DNA of 50,921 bases from a virus. Lineage: Duplodnaviria > Caudoviricetes. Positions 1 through 8,024 of this stretch are shown here, one piece after another. The translations under genes were made by a program, and so were the position numbers. The stretch covers positions 1 through 50,921 of the IMG/VR virus record IMGVR_UViG_3300031732_000044. One strand, 5' to 3'. Position 1 is the first letter of the stretch, and each line of letters begins with the position of its first letter. The notes under the pieces were generated by a model. It was not told where the DNA came from. It did not search any database and saw only the letters and a list, made by a program, of their open reading frames with translations.

Positions 1-2827
1 GCTGCTCGGCAAGGCCGCGGGCCGGATCAGAAGACTCAGAAAGCGTGACCTGCGGAGGCGGGACAGAGGGGGCTTCGAGCGTCACATCCGGCGGGGCAGG
101 TACGGGAGAGTCATCTTCGCCCACCTCACCGAGCGATCCGATCTTTTCTTGAAACGCTTCTACTGCGTCGGCAGTGACGACCGATTCGCCTTCGTGGATG
201 CGAGCGAAGCCGCCTTCTTCTACAAATCCGCCCTCCGCGGCGCCTGGCAGCAATTCCGTCAGAATGCCAGTGAAAGAAGAGGCTCCGGCAACTTGCCCAA
301 AGCCAGGGATTAGCGAGATGGCTACCTTCAGTGCAGCCGCCTGCGCCACCGCTGAGACGAGCTTGCTGATGACTCTGCTGAGCGCTTGTTCGATCGTCTG
401 CCCGATCTGCTGAAACGCCCGGCCCACGCGGGTTGTGGCCGTCTCAGCCTTCTCCAGCTGGTCGCGCAGGAGGCTCATCCGCTTGCGGACCGCAGCAGTT
501 GGTTTTTGCTTCTGGAGCTGCTTGAGGCGCTGCTTGAGACGCTGCACGCGGAGCTCAGCTCGCTTGGTGCTTTGAAAGAGCGATGTGAATGCCTGCCCAA
601 TGCCCCGGCCCACGTTGGAAAGCCCCCTTCGAAGCACGTTCCCTACGCCCTTCTTGATCTTGTCCAGCGCGTTTGCGCTTTGTCCTGCGTTTTCGAGGCT
701 CTGTCTCAACTGTTGTACCCGACCAATCAGCGCCTGAAGGCGTTGGCGCTGCTCAGAGGAGGTCGCGGACTGAAACGCGCCCCTGAGGGTCCCAAGGGCA
801 GACTCAGCGTCATTGATGCTCGTGATGAGACCGCCCCGAAGTGCCTTCTGAACGGACTGCACTGTAGAAAGCTGGTCCTGCACTACGCGATCAGCCGTGC
901 TAATCAGCTGGTCAAACATGATGCCTTGCCACCCCCCTTGTCCGGCTTCTTCCAGCTTTGGGGTCAGATCTTGAATCGCTCCGAGCACCGAGTCTTGGGC
1001 ATCAAATTCACCAAGACCACTGATCATAGACTCTATTGATTGACCGCCCTGCCGGGCGCCCCCTCCGCCTCCGCTCCCCAAAAGACCAAGGGTCTCTAGC
1101 ATCTGGTCGCGCAGCCCTGCAAACATCTTCCCGATGTTATCCGCTGTGGTAGAGGCGGCTTCTAGGGTCGCGTCCCCAACGCCCGACGCGGCATCTGAGA
1201 GATCTGAGAGGGCCTGCTCGCCCTGCTGCTTCGTCTCTTCAATAGACTGCCCAAAGAGGCCAAATTGCACAAACGTGCCCTTGATGGACTGCTGTAGCTC
1301 ACTGAGCCCCAAGGCGCCCGCCAGATCTCCAGTTGAGCCAATGATAAAGTTCAGAGCACCCTGGAACGCCTTTACTACACGCTGCGCCGCGAACTTGAAG
1401 AAAGACGTGATCACGTCGGCCGCCCGCCTCGCCAGCGAGCCGATAGCCGAGAAGACGTTCCCCAGCGACTCACGCAATCCAAGGAAGTTCGTCTCCACAA
1501 TCGCGGCCGCCCCACCAAGGGCGGCTATGCCAGCCCCAATTGCCCCGATGGGAGACAGCAAAGCCCCAAAGCCCGTGGCGACTGCGGGGAGAATAGACGA
1601 GGCGAGGGTGGAGAGGCCCACAAGTAGCTTCCCCCCCACGTACAGCGCGGGTGGGATGGCCACGGCGAGCGCCCCGAACGCCTTCGCGTTTCTCCGGCTC
1701 TGCTTATCTAACGTGCGGAAGTTCGAGATCAGCTCCTGCGTGGAGCTAATCAGGTTGTTCGCTGCGGGCAAGAGCTCATTGCCAATCTCAATGCGAAGCT
1801 GCTCCAGCCCCGTGCGGAACTGCTGAAAGCGAAAGTTGAAGGTGTCCTTGGCCTCCTGAAATGCTTGGTTTGTCGCTCCGGTGGACCGTGACAGCTCATC
1901 AAAAATCTGTCGCGTCTGATCAGCGTTCTCACCTGTGAGCTGAAGGGCAGCGCGGGCAGCGCGCTCATTTTGGAACAGGGTCGACAGCGCCTGAGAATTG
2001 CCCTGAAACTCGTTTTTGAGAAGGTCCAAGACGGCAAGCAATCCATCATCCTGTACGGCTCGCCGCAAACCAGCCGCGCTCCTGCCGACGCTCTGAAGTA
2101 GTTGTTGAGCATCTTTGGAGGGGTCCTGTATCTGCCGCAGCAGCTGGTTGAGAGCGGTGGTCGCTCGCTGCGCGTTCGCCCCCTGTCGGGTCATGGCCGC
2201 CATTGCCGCACCGACTTGCTCAAACTCAACGCCAGCTTGAGCGGCCGTGGGAATCACTTTCCCAAGCGAACCAGCGAGCTGGTCGGGCTGCACCTTTCCC
2301 TCCCGAACGGCGGCAGTAAGCACGTCGGTCGCCTCTGCCGCGGACAGCGCATCCTGCCCAAACGCGTTCATCGCCGACGTCGCCGCGTCGGCCACCGTTT
2401 TTGTGTCTCCGAGCCCCGCCGTAGCCGCCTTGGCACTCGCCTGCAGCGCGTTCAGCGCCTTTTCGCCTTCAAGTCCCGCGGAGGTAATCTGAAACATTGC
2501 GTCCGCCAGTTCGCGGGGCGACTGTGCCACTTCTCCAGACAGAGCAAGCACCTCCTGCTGAAACGACTGCACCTGCTCTTCGGAGAGTCCCACAAGCCCC
2601 TCGATCTTGCTGAAGCTCTCCTCAAAATCTCCCGCCGCCTTGACGGCTGCCCCGCCCGCCGCGGCGATCGGGGCAGACAGACCAAGGGTTAGGTTGCGCC
2701 CCACCGACTCCATCTTCCTGCCTATCGATTCCACGTGAGAAGTGGCCTCTTCAAGTCCCTTACGGAGGCTGCTTAAATTTAAACCTAGAGAAATAAATAT
2801 ACTTCCAACCTCTGTTCCTTGAGCCAT
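1..2827 (-). CDS. Tape measure protein (TP901-like), truncated by the window edge
   Basis: Hand translation from ATG 2827: MAQGTEVGSIFISLGLNLSSLRKGLEEA...GRNLTLGLSAPIAAAGGAAVKAAGDFEESFSKI...; Ala/Gly-rich, follows tail chaperones; absent from the ORF track, consistent with no stop in the window. Confidence 0.93.
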   Translation of the reverse strand, partial: MAQGTEVGSIFISLGLNLSSLRKGLEEATSHVESIGRKMESVGRNLTLGLSAPIAAAGGAAVKAAGDFEESFSKIEGLVGLSEEQVQSFQQEVLALSGEVAQSPRELADAMFQITSAGLEGEKALNALQASAKAATAGLGDTKTVADAATSAMNAFGQDALSAAEATDVLTAAVREGKVQPDQLAGSLGKVIPTAAQAGVEFEQVGAAMAAMTRQGANAQRATTALNQLLRQIQDPSKDAQQLLQSVGRSAAGLRRAVQDDGLLAVLDLLKNEFQGNSQALSTLFQNERAARAALQLTGENADQTRQIFDELSRSTGATNQAFQEAKDTFNFRFQQFRTGLEQLRIEIGNELLPAANNLISSTQELISNFRTLDKQSRRNAKAFGALAVAIPPALYVGGKLLVGLSTLASSILPAVATGFGALLSPIGAIGAGIAALGGAAAIVETNFLGLRESLGNVFSAIGSLARRAADVITSFFKFAAQRVVKAFQGALNFIIGSTGDLAGALGLSELQQSIKGTFVQFGLFGQSIEETKQQGEQALSDLSDAASGVGDATLEAASTTADNIGKMFAGLRDQMLETLGLLGSGGGGGARQGGQSIESMISGLGEFDAQDSVLGAIQDLTPKLEEAGQGGWQGIMFDQLISTADRVVQDQLSTVQSVQKALRGGLITSINDAESALGTLRGAFQSATSSEQRQRLQALIGRVQQLRQSLENAGQSANALDKIKKGVGNVLRRGLSNVGRGIGQAFTSLFQSTKRAELRVQRLKQRLKQLQKQKPTAAVRKRMSLLRDQLEKAETATTRVGRAFQQIGQTIEQALSRVISKLVSAVAQAAALKVAISLIPGFGQVAGASSFTGILTELLPGAAEGGFVEEGGFARIHEGESVVTADAVEAFQEKIGSLGEVGEDDSPVPAPPDVTLEAPSVPPPQVTLSESSDPARGLAEQ

Positions 2828-2869
2828 ATCAGGAACTTAGCGATCTAATTCTGGTATCTAATATGGGAT

Positions 2870-2973
2870 GTCAAAGGCCCTATCGATGCTATTAATTTCA
2901 CCCCGGCGTGGTTGCACAGCCAGGCTAGCATCGCCTCCTTTGACCTGTGCAATGCGTCGGGGTTTTCTTTTCT
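2870..2973 (+). promoter_or_regulatory. Structured leader (alternative hairpins or pseudoknot plus U-tract) before the HNH gene
   Basis: 2901-2919 pairs with 2945-2962 (G-U pairs valid on + strand) followed by TTTTCTTTTCT; 2870-2877 pairs with 2937-2944 and 2884-2891 pairs with 2926-2933 (perfect 8-bp blocks). Confidence 0.65.
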
Positions 2974-2979
2974 AGCGTC

Positions 2980-4086
2980 ATGTCTGCTACTAAATGCGTC
3001 GCCTGTGGCAACGAGCTATCCGAATCACAAAATAAGGTCTGCTCGCATTCATGTGCTGGTAAGCTGAGCAGTGATGCGCGAGAGACTAAACCGAAGGTCA
3101 CGAAAACCTGTGAATGGTGTGCCAAAGACTTTAAAGTAGATCAACACAGGGAGGATACAGCACGGTTTTGTTCGCCTGAGTGTGTTGGTCTTAGTGTTGG
3201 AGCAAAAAGGGAAAAAACGCGAGTTACGCTCCAATGTGAATACTGCAGCGAAGACTATGAAGCTCGCCCAAGTCGTGCTGATGAATCTAAGTATTGCTCT
3301 CGTAGCTGTAGTGCAAAGGATTACTGGGAGAACTACTCACCACCCGAGCGCCGCACCTGTATCAAGTGTGGCTATGAAGGCCCGTCGGAGGATTTTCCTA
3401 AGGGGAATCAATGCACAGATTGCTTGACCAATTACAAACGTCAGTGGTACGAGAGACAAAAGGAAAAAGGTGTGACTGTTGACTGGCAAGAGTGCAGCCA
3501 ATGTGGACAATTTTTACCTGCATCATGTTTTACAAAATTTAGTGGTTCAAAAAGCGGTCTTAACTCCCGGTGCCAAAGATGTTATCGACGGCGGAAGCGA
3601 TGGCGATACCATCTTGATCCAAATGTTCGGGAGAGGATGAAAAAGTACGAAAAGAAAAACCCTGGCAAGATAAAAGAGTGGGCGAAGAATAGCTACGAAC
3701 GCAAGAAGGACGACCCCGAATTTAAGCGGAAACGCCGCGTGGAGGCAATGGAACGGATTGCGCGAAAACAAAATGCTCCGGGTGAATACGACTCAGAGGA
3801 TATTGAGGCACTTTGGGAAAGACAGTCGGGGCAGTGTATGTATTGCAAATCCTCGCTCGGAGACGATGCCTCCGATGAAGAGTACCAAGTGGATCACATT
3901 ATTGCCCTTGCAAGCGGAGGGACTAACCGAATACAAAATCTTCAACTTCTCTGTTGTGACTGCAATAGGTCAAAAGGTGCCCAGAACCCGAATGAGTATG
4001 CGAAAGAACACGGCCTGCTCATGACACCCAAGCCCGGCGAACACAAGTCTTCTGTTCGTGAGGAGGAGGTCACTTCTGATGAATAG
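2980..4086 (+). CDS. Free-standing HNH endonuclease with multiple N-terminal CxxC zinc modules
   Basis: C-terminal CMYC...VDHIIALASGGTNRIQNLQLLCCDCNRSKG; repeated CxxC...(F/Y)CSxxC modules; lower GC; antisense to the tail operon; ATG 2980 preferred over GTG 2947. Confidence 0.9.
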   Translation: MSATKCVACGNELSESQNKVCSHSCAGKLSSDARETKPKVTKTCEWCAKDFKVDQHREDTARFCSPECVGLSVGAKREKTRVTLQCEYCSEDYEARPSRADESKYCSRSCSAKDYWENYSPPERRTCIKCGYEGPSEDFPKGNQCTDCLTNYKRQWYERQKEKGVTVDWQECSQCGQFLPASCFTKFSGSKSGLNSRCQRCYRRRKRWRYHLDPNVRERMKKYEKKNPGKIKEWAKNSYERKKDDPEFKRKRRVEAMERIARKQNAPGEYDSEDIEALWERQSGQCMYCKSSLGDDASDEEYQVDHIIALASGGTNRIQNLQLLCCDCNRSKGAQNPNEYAKEHGLLMTPKPGEHKSSVREEEVTSDE

Positions 4087-4390
4087 TGAGGTCTTCAGTG
4101 ATATTTTTTTTGCGCATCACCCGCCGCTTGAACGATTCCAGTTCTTGGCTCGTCCCATTCGCCTTCCGAGTGCCGCCATGCACGTCACGCAGCGTCACCT
4201 CGTCCTCCGCCCACGCGTTGAGGAGCCAAAGCATTCGCCCGTCTCTACGTAGCTCATTTCGCTGATGCGCCTGCGTCGTGAGCGTCCACTCGTAGAGGCT
4301 CATCCGGCGCGCCTCGCGCAATGACGCGCCCGCCTGGATCACTCGTCGGTAGTAATCTTCGAGGGCAAGTTGTCCTCCTTCGACTTTCCC
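4070..4390 (-). CDS. Tail assembly chaperone, -1 frameshift extension (gpGT-like T part)
   Basis: The -1 frame is open from GGGAAAG: VEGGQLALEDYYRRVIQAGASLREARRMSLYEW... Confidence 0.8.
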   Translation of the reverse strand, partial: GKVEGGQLALEDYYRRVIQAGASLREARRMSLYEWTLTTQAHQRNELRRDGRMLWLLNAWAEDEVTLRDVHGGTRKANGTSQELESFKRRVMRKKNITEDLTIHQK

Positions 4391-4746
4391 ACTATGTCGT
4401 CGGTGGCCTCATCATTCAGGCGGCTCATGTGCTTATTGATTGGTCCAATCAACGCCGGCGACGGCGGAAACGATAGCACCTGTTTCACGTCGCGCCGCGT
4501 GAGGTTTTGGTCGAACACGAGGAAGCCGATCCACACCAGATTCGCCACGGCCTCAATGCCGTCTGCTACCGTCCCATCTTCTGCGACCGATTTTTTCAAA
4601 ATCTCGCCCGGCTCAATGCCGTGCTGTTCGCGGGCGAGCTCAAAGCTTTCGGCCCCCAAGTACCACGGGCGCTCCTCACCGAGCACCTCGACGGTAATGG
4701 TGGAGGGGTCGTTTTCGTAATCCGGATCAGGGAGAAAGTCGCTCAT
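4339..4746 (-). CDS. Tail assembly chaperone (gpG-like)
   Basis: Lies between tail tube and TMP; slippery site near its 3' end. Confidence 0.85.
   Translation of the reverse strand: MSDFLPDPDYENDPSTITVEVLGEERPWYLGAESFELAREQHGIEPGEILKKSVAEDGTVADGIEAVANLVWIGFLVFDQNLTRRDVKQVLSFPPSPALIGPINKHMSRLNDEATDDIVGKSKEDNLPSKITTDE
4384..4390 (-). promoter_or_regulatory. Programmed -1 ribosomal frameshift site G GGA AAG
   Basis: Same heptamer as lambda G/T, in the correct phase (GTG GGA AAG), joining the two chaperone frames. Confidence 0.85.
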
Positions 4747-4764
4747 GTGTCAGTACTTCGTTGG

Positions 4765-5610
4765 TTAAGCAGCGGAGTAGACAGTGCGGTCAAGAGCCCC
4801 GTCCCCGGCTAAGTCGAACTCCATCTCCAGCGGCTCGGCCCGCTCGGCAGATAGATTAATCTCCTCGACGAGCGTGTCGCCTTCGTACTCGGTGGAGCCG
4901 TCTACCGGATCGGACCCGATCGGGTCGCCCTCGATGTGTTGCATGTTGGCCGTGACAGTCGTCTCATCGAACCATGCGTCCAGGATCGCTCTTTGGCCAG
5001 TGTCGAGGGACGCGTAATCTAATCCAATCACACCGTCGTGCTGGAAGTCGATGTCGACCTCTACGTCGTCGCCCCGCTCTGGCATGTCGATCGTAAGGTC
5101 GCCAGGACGAAGATCACCGGAAAATGTGAGAGTATCGAAGTCGAGCGTGAAGGGAATTGTGTTGCCATTCTCCTTCGCCGTTAACACCTCGTCGAGGCCC
5201 GCCCCGTCGGTGGTGGTTGGGTCTTGGTAGAACCCCGAGGCGCTGACGTCGAGATTCTTCTCGGAAACCGTGATCTTTCTCCAGAGCGAATCCTCGAGGT
5301 CGCCCCGCTCGGTAAAGCCGTTGCTGAAGGTTGCCTCCAGAGAGGTAAGGCCAAGCAAATCGGTTCCGTTCAGCGACAAGCTCGCCACGCCGTCGGCCCC
5401 GACCGCGTTCTCTGAATTGTTGTTCTGCAGGATCGTCCCACCGGTCACGTTGAACTCCTTCTGGCCCTGCTGCGTCGCGCCCCACTCTTGGTCTTCTTTT
5501 TTCGCCAGCTCGTTAATGCTTTCTGGAAGCTCTAGTGACGCTTGCGTTTGGGCAATGAGGTAGTTTGAGCTAACATCAACAACGAGATTTACAGCTTTGA
5601 TATTGGACAT
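4765..5610 (-). CDS. Major tail (tube) protein
   Basis: Position; tube motifs E..KED..W.....G.K...V and GD....I.......E....L.GDG. Confidence 0.85.
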   Translation of the reverse strand: MSNIKAVNLVVDVSSNYLIAQTQASLELPESINELAKKEDQEWGATQQGQKEFNVTGGTILQNNNSENAVGADGVASLSLNGTDLLGLTSLEATFSNGFTERGDLEDSLWRKITVSEKNLDVSASGFYQDPTTTDGAGLDEVLTAKENGNTIPFTLDFDTLTFSGDLRPGDLTIDMPERGDDVEVDIDFQHDGVIGLDYASLDTGQRAILDAWFDETTVTANMQHIEGDPIGSDPVDGSTEYEGDTLVEEINLSAERAEPLEMEFDLAGDGALDRTVYSAA

Positions 5611-5630
5611 GGCTTAGCTGTTGGTTTGGG

Positions 5631-6086
5631 TCAGGTTGTCGTTTGGTAGAAAAGCCGCATGCGGACGAGGATCTCGAAGAGGTTGCTTTGGGCCCCGGAC
5701 AGAGCCTCGCCCGACACGTCGGCGAAGTCGCGTGTATAGCGGTGGCTGAGGCCGTCCGGCTCGGGAGGGTTTTGAATGTCGGTGACGCGCGTTTTGACCT
5801 GTACGGCAAGCTCCTCCGCCTCAATGAGGTCGTCAGAGACGCAACGCACCTCCAGGTCGAAGCCGATGCCGTATTTGTCAAGCGACTCGAAGGTCTGGGC
5901 TTCATCTTGGCTGCCGCCCAAGATCGCATAGGGCACGCCTGGATTCCGCTGCTGCGGGACCGTGCGCGTCCAGACGCGCCCGTCTGAGCCTACACCAATC
6001 GCATCCAGAGCATCCTCGACGCGGGGCTTGACCTCTGCCCACACGTCGGTGTGGATGCGCGGAATGTGGGTGTCGCGGACGGCCAT
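5631..6086 (-). CDS. Tail terminator-like protein
   Basis: Synteny before the tube gene, RVW..VP...PYAILG motif, 151 aa. Confidence 0.7.
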   Translation of the reverse strand: MAVRDTHIPRIHTDVWAEVKPRVEDALDAIGVGSDGRVWTRTVPQQRNPGVPYAILGGSQDEAQTFESLDKYGIGFDLEVRCVSDDLIEAEELAVQVKTRVTDIQNPPEPDGLSHRYTRDFADVSGEALSGAQSNLFEILVRMRLFYQTTT

Positions 6087-6095
6087 GATCCTGCG

Positions 6096-6485
6096 CTACA
6101 GCGAGCCGAAAAGTCCTGTCACCTTTTTAATCTCGCGCTCGAACTCGTCTTTGTGCTTCTTCCAGGCTTTCGTCATGTAGCGTTTGCCCTCAACCCCTTG
6201 GGATGAAGACCCGAACTCCTGAACGGCCGCGTAGTCTACATTTGCCCCGGCAATCTCGCCGCCTGCCACGACGCGAGCCGCTAGCTTTTCCAGCACCGGC
6301 TGAATAGAGGCGCGAAGGCGCCCAGTGTCAACAGGGGCGTTTCGTTTCGCATCTCGTGCAATTTTGAGCGCAAATCGCGCAATCACCTCCTCAACAGCGG
6401 CCGCGGTTCCTTCGACTTGGAGCGTCAGGTTAGCTTTCACCTCTCCAAGGTCGGTCTCATCTACGTCGATCTTGAACTTAGCCAT
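6096..6485 (-). CDS. HK97 gp10-like tail completion protein
   Basis: AKRNAPVDTGRLRASI...YAAVQEFG...YMTKAW. Confidence 0.9.
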   Translation of the reverse strand: MAKFKIDVDETDLGEVKANLTLQVEGTAAAVEEVIARFALKIARDAKRNAPVDTGRLRASIQPVLEKLAARVVAGGEIAGANVDYAAVQEFGSSSQGVEGKRYMTKAWKKHKDEFEREIKKVTGLFGSL

Positions 6486-6813
6486 CGGGGTCGAGGAACG
6501 CCTCAGCTTGCATGAAGCGGTCGCGGCGGCCTGTTATCTTTACCCCCTCCACCCACCACAGGCGATCGTCCCAGCGAAACCGGCTCTCGGTCGTCACCTT
6601 GTCCCAAGTGCGCATCGTGATCGTGATGCCTTGGCGCGGCTCGTCCCGCCCGGCACGCCGATCTCGGCTTCCTGCGTCTTCTTCAATTTTCGCCCGCCGC
6701 GTCCCGGTCTTTTTATACTGGTCGCCTTCCGGGGCGCCCCAGTCGGTTTGGGACACTTCCGCCGGATTTTCCAGCGTGACCGTCTCGGTCATTTGGCCGG
6801 GGTCGATGCTCAT
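6478..6813 (-). CDS. Head-tail adaptor/closure protein (SPP1 gp16-like)
   Basis: IDPGQMTETVTL...ITMR...RFRWDDRLWWVEGV; synteny. Confidence 0.8.
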   Translation of the reverse strand: MSIDPGQMTETVTLENPAEVSQTDWGAPEGDQYKKTGTRRAKIEEDAGSRDRRAGRDEPRQGITITMRTWDKVTTESRFRWDDRLWWVEGVKITGRRDRFMQAEAFLDPDG

Positions 6814-6998
6814 TCGTCGGCGGGCTCTGTGTCGGGGGTGCTGTCCTCTTCTTCATCGGGCACAGGGATTACATTTGGCGTGTGGGCGAACTCCCCTTCG
6901 GGTGCGTCTACGGTGTCCGTCTCGGCATAGTCGTAGTACCCTCCTGTCACTTGGCCGCGGACGGTGCCCTCATCAAGTGTGAGCTCGTAAGTCGCCAT
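6810..6998 (-). CDS. Small acidic hypothetical protein
   Basis: 62 aa, ATG start, fills the operon gap, stop overlaps the next start. Confidence 0.65.
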   Translation of the reverse strand: MATYELTLDEGTVRGQVTGGYYDYAETDTVDAPEGEFAHTPNVIPVPDEEEDSTPDTEPADE

Positions 6999-7002
6999 TT
7001 CG

Positions 7003-7623
7003 TTACCGGATTGTTCGCGTTAGTTCGCGTAGGCGGGTCTTGGCGTTTTGGGGAAGCTCGTGGACAGACGTTCCAGCCTGCACATCGGAACGGTGGTCGT
7101 ACTCGGTCGTCACGGCCCGGCGGATCGCCTGCTTGCCACTTGCTGGCATGTCGCCGTGCGACCACCCGGCCTCGTACTCGACGCGCATCAGCTCCGCGCT
7201 GCCGGCGACGGCAACGCCCGAGTGCAGCTCTGAGCCCTCAAGCCAAAAATCCGACGCGTCCCGGCTCCGCTCGGTGCCCTCCTCAACTGTGGCGACGCTT
7301 GTGAGCTCGTTGGCTGGTCGCCGGGGGAGGTCCACTATTTGGGCCGGGCCGCGAATGTCAGCAGTTACCGTCCCTGTGATGAGCATGAGCCCAAAGGTGC
7401 GCTCCGCCCGGTCGAGTGCCGAGTGCACAAGGCTTTTGATAAGGGAGTCGTCTTCGCCGAGCGAATGTGCGTACTCCTTCGCGTCGCTCAGTAGCTTCTG
7501 CGCTTCCGTATCATTTCGGCTAGACTCGACGCGCACCACTTCCCCACCTGGCGTCTCTGAGGCGGGCGGTGTCGGGTCAAGCCGATCCGACAAGGTCGTA
7601 TAGCCGGTCGTAGGGCGTGTCAT
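7003..7623 (-). CDS. Head-tail connector protein (HK97 gp6-like, long form)
   Basis: LSDAKEY...DDSLIKSLVHSA...RVEYEAGW...KQAIRRAVTTEYDHR. Confidence 0.85.
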   Translation of the reverse strand: MTRPTTGYTTLSDRLDPTPPASETPGGEVVRVESSRNDTEAQKLLSDAKEYAHSLGEDDSLIKSLVHSALDRAERTFGLMLITGTVTADIRGPAQIVDLPRRPANELTSVATVEEGTERSRDASDFWLEGSELHSGVAVAGSAELMRVEYEAGWSHGDMPASGKQAIRRAVTTEYDHRSDVQAGTSVHELPQNAKTRLRELTRTIR

Positions 7624-7626
7624 CGG

Positions 7627-7935
7627 TCACGAGAGCTCTTCGTAGCGGTCTTGCGCCTCTTCTTCCCCACGCACCTTGTCGACGACCTCGCCCCCGACGC
7701 GGACTTGATACCATCCGCCCCCAGTGTGCTCGGTGCCGTCGTTGGGGGTTTGGGTATCGCCGTCGGAGGGGTCTGGCTTCAGAGGGCGCGTCTTGTAAAA
7801 CCGATCAGGCATGTGCTTTATCTCGCCTTGTGGTAGAGTCTGATGCTCGCCTTCTTCCCACCGGCGATACGAGCCGGTCACGGCCCCTCGCGTTGCCCCT
7901 GCTTTCTGGAATCGGTACTCGACCTTCTCAGTCAT
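7627..7935 (-). CDS. Hypothetical protein downstream of the capsid gene
   Basis: 102 aa in operon; C-terminal HTGGGWYQV...KVRGEEEAQ segment. Confidence 0.7.
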   Translation of the reverse strand: MTEKVEYRFQKAGATRGAVTGSYRRWEEGEHQTLPQGEIKHMPDRFYKTRPLKPDPSDGDTQTPNDGTEHTGGGWYQVRVGGEVVDKVRGEEEAQDRYEELS

Positions 7936-8024
7936 CTAGCAATGGCCCTGTGCCCCACCCTCTCGGCGGGGCGCGGCCTACTGGACTACTAGGCTACGAG
8001 GCGCCTACAGGCTCACGTCAGCGT

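Noticed and set aside
2870-4086. IscB/HEARO (OMEGA) RNA-guided nuclease
   Set aside because: No PLMP or split RuvC motifs; the protein is zinc-finger repeats plus a terminal HNH, and the structured region is only ~100 nt
7943-7980. GC hairpin after the capsid gene (GCCCCGCC-GAGAG-GGTGGGGC on the minus strand)
   Set aside because: No U-tract; may stabilise mRNA but is not supportable as a terminator
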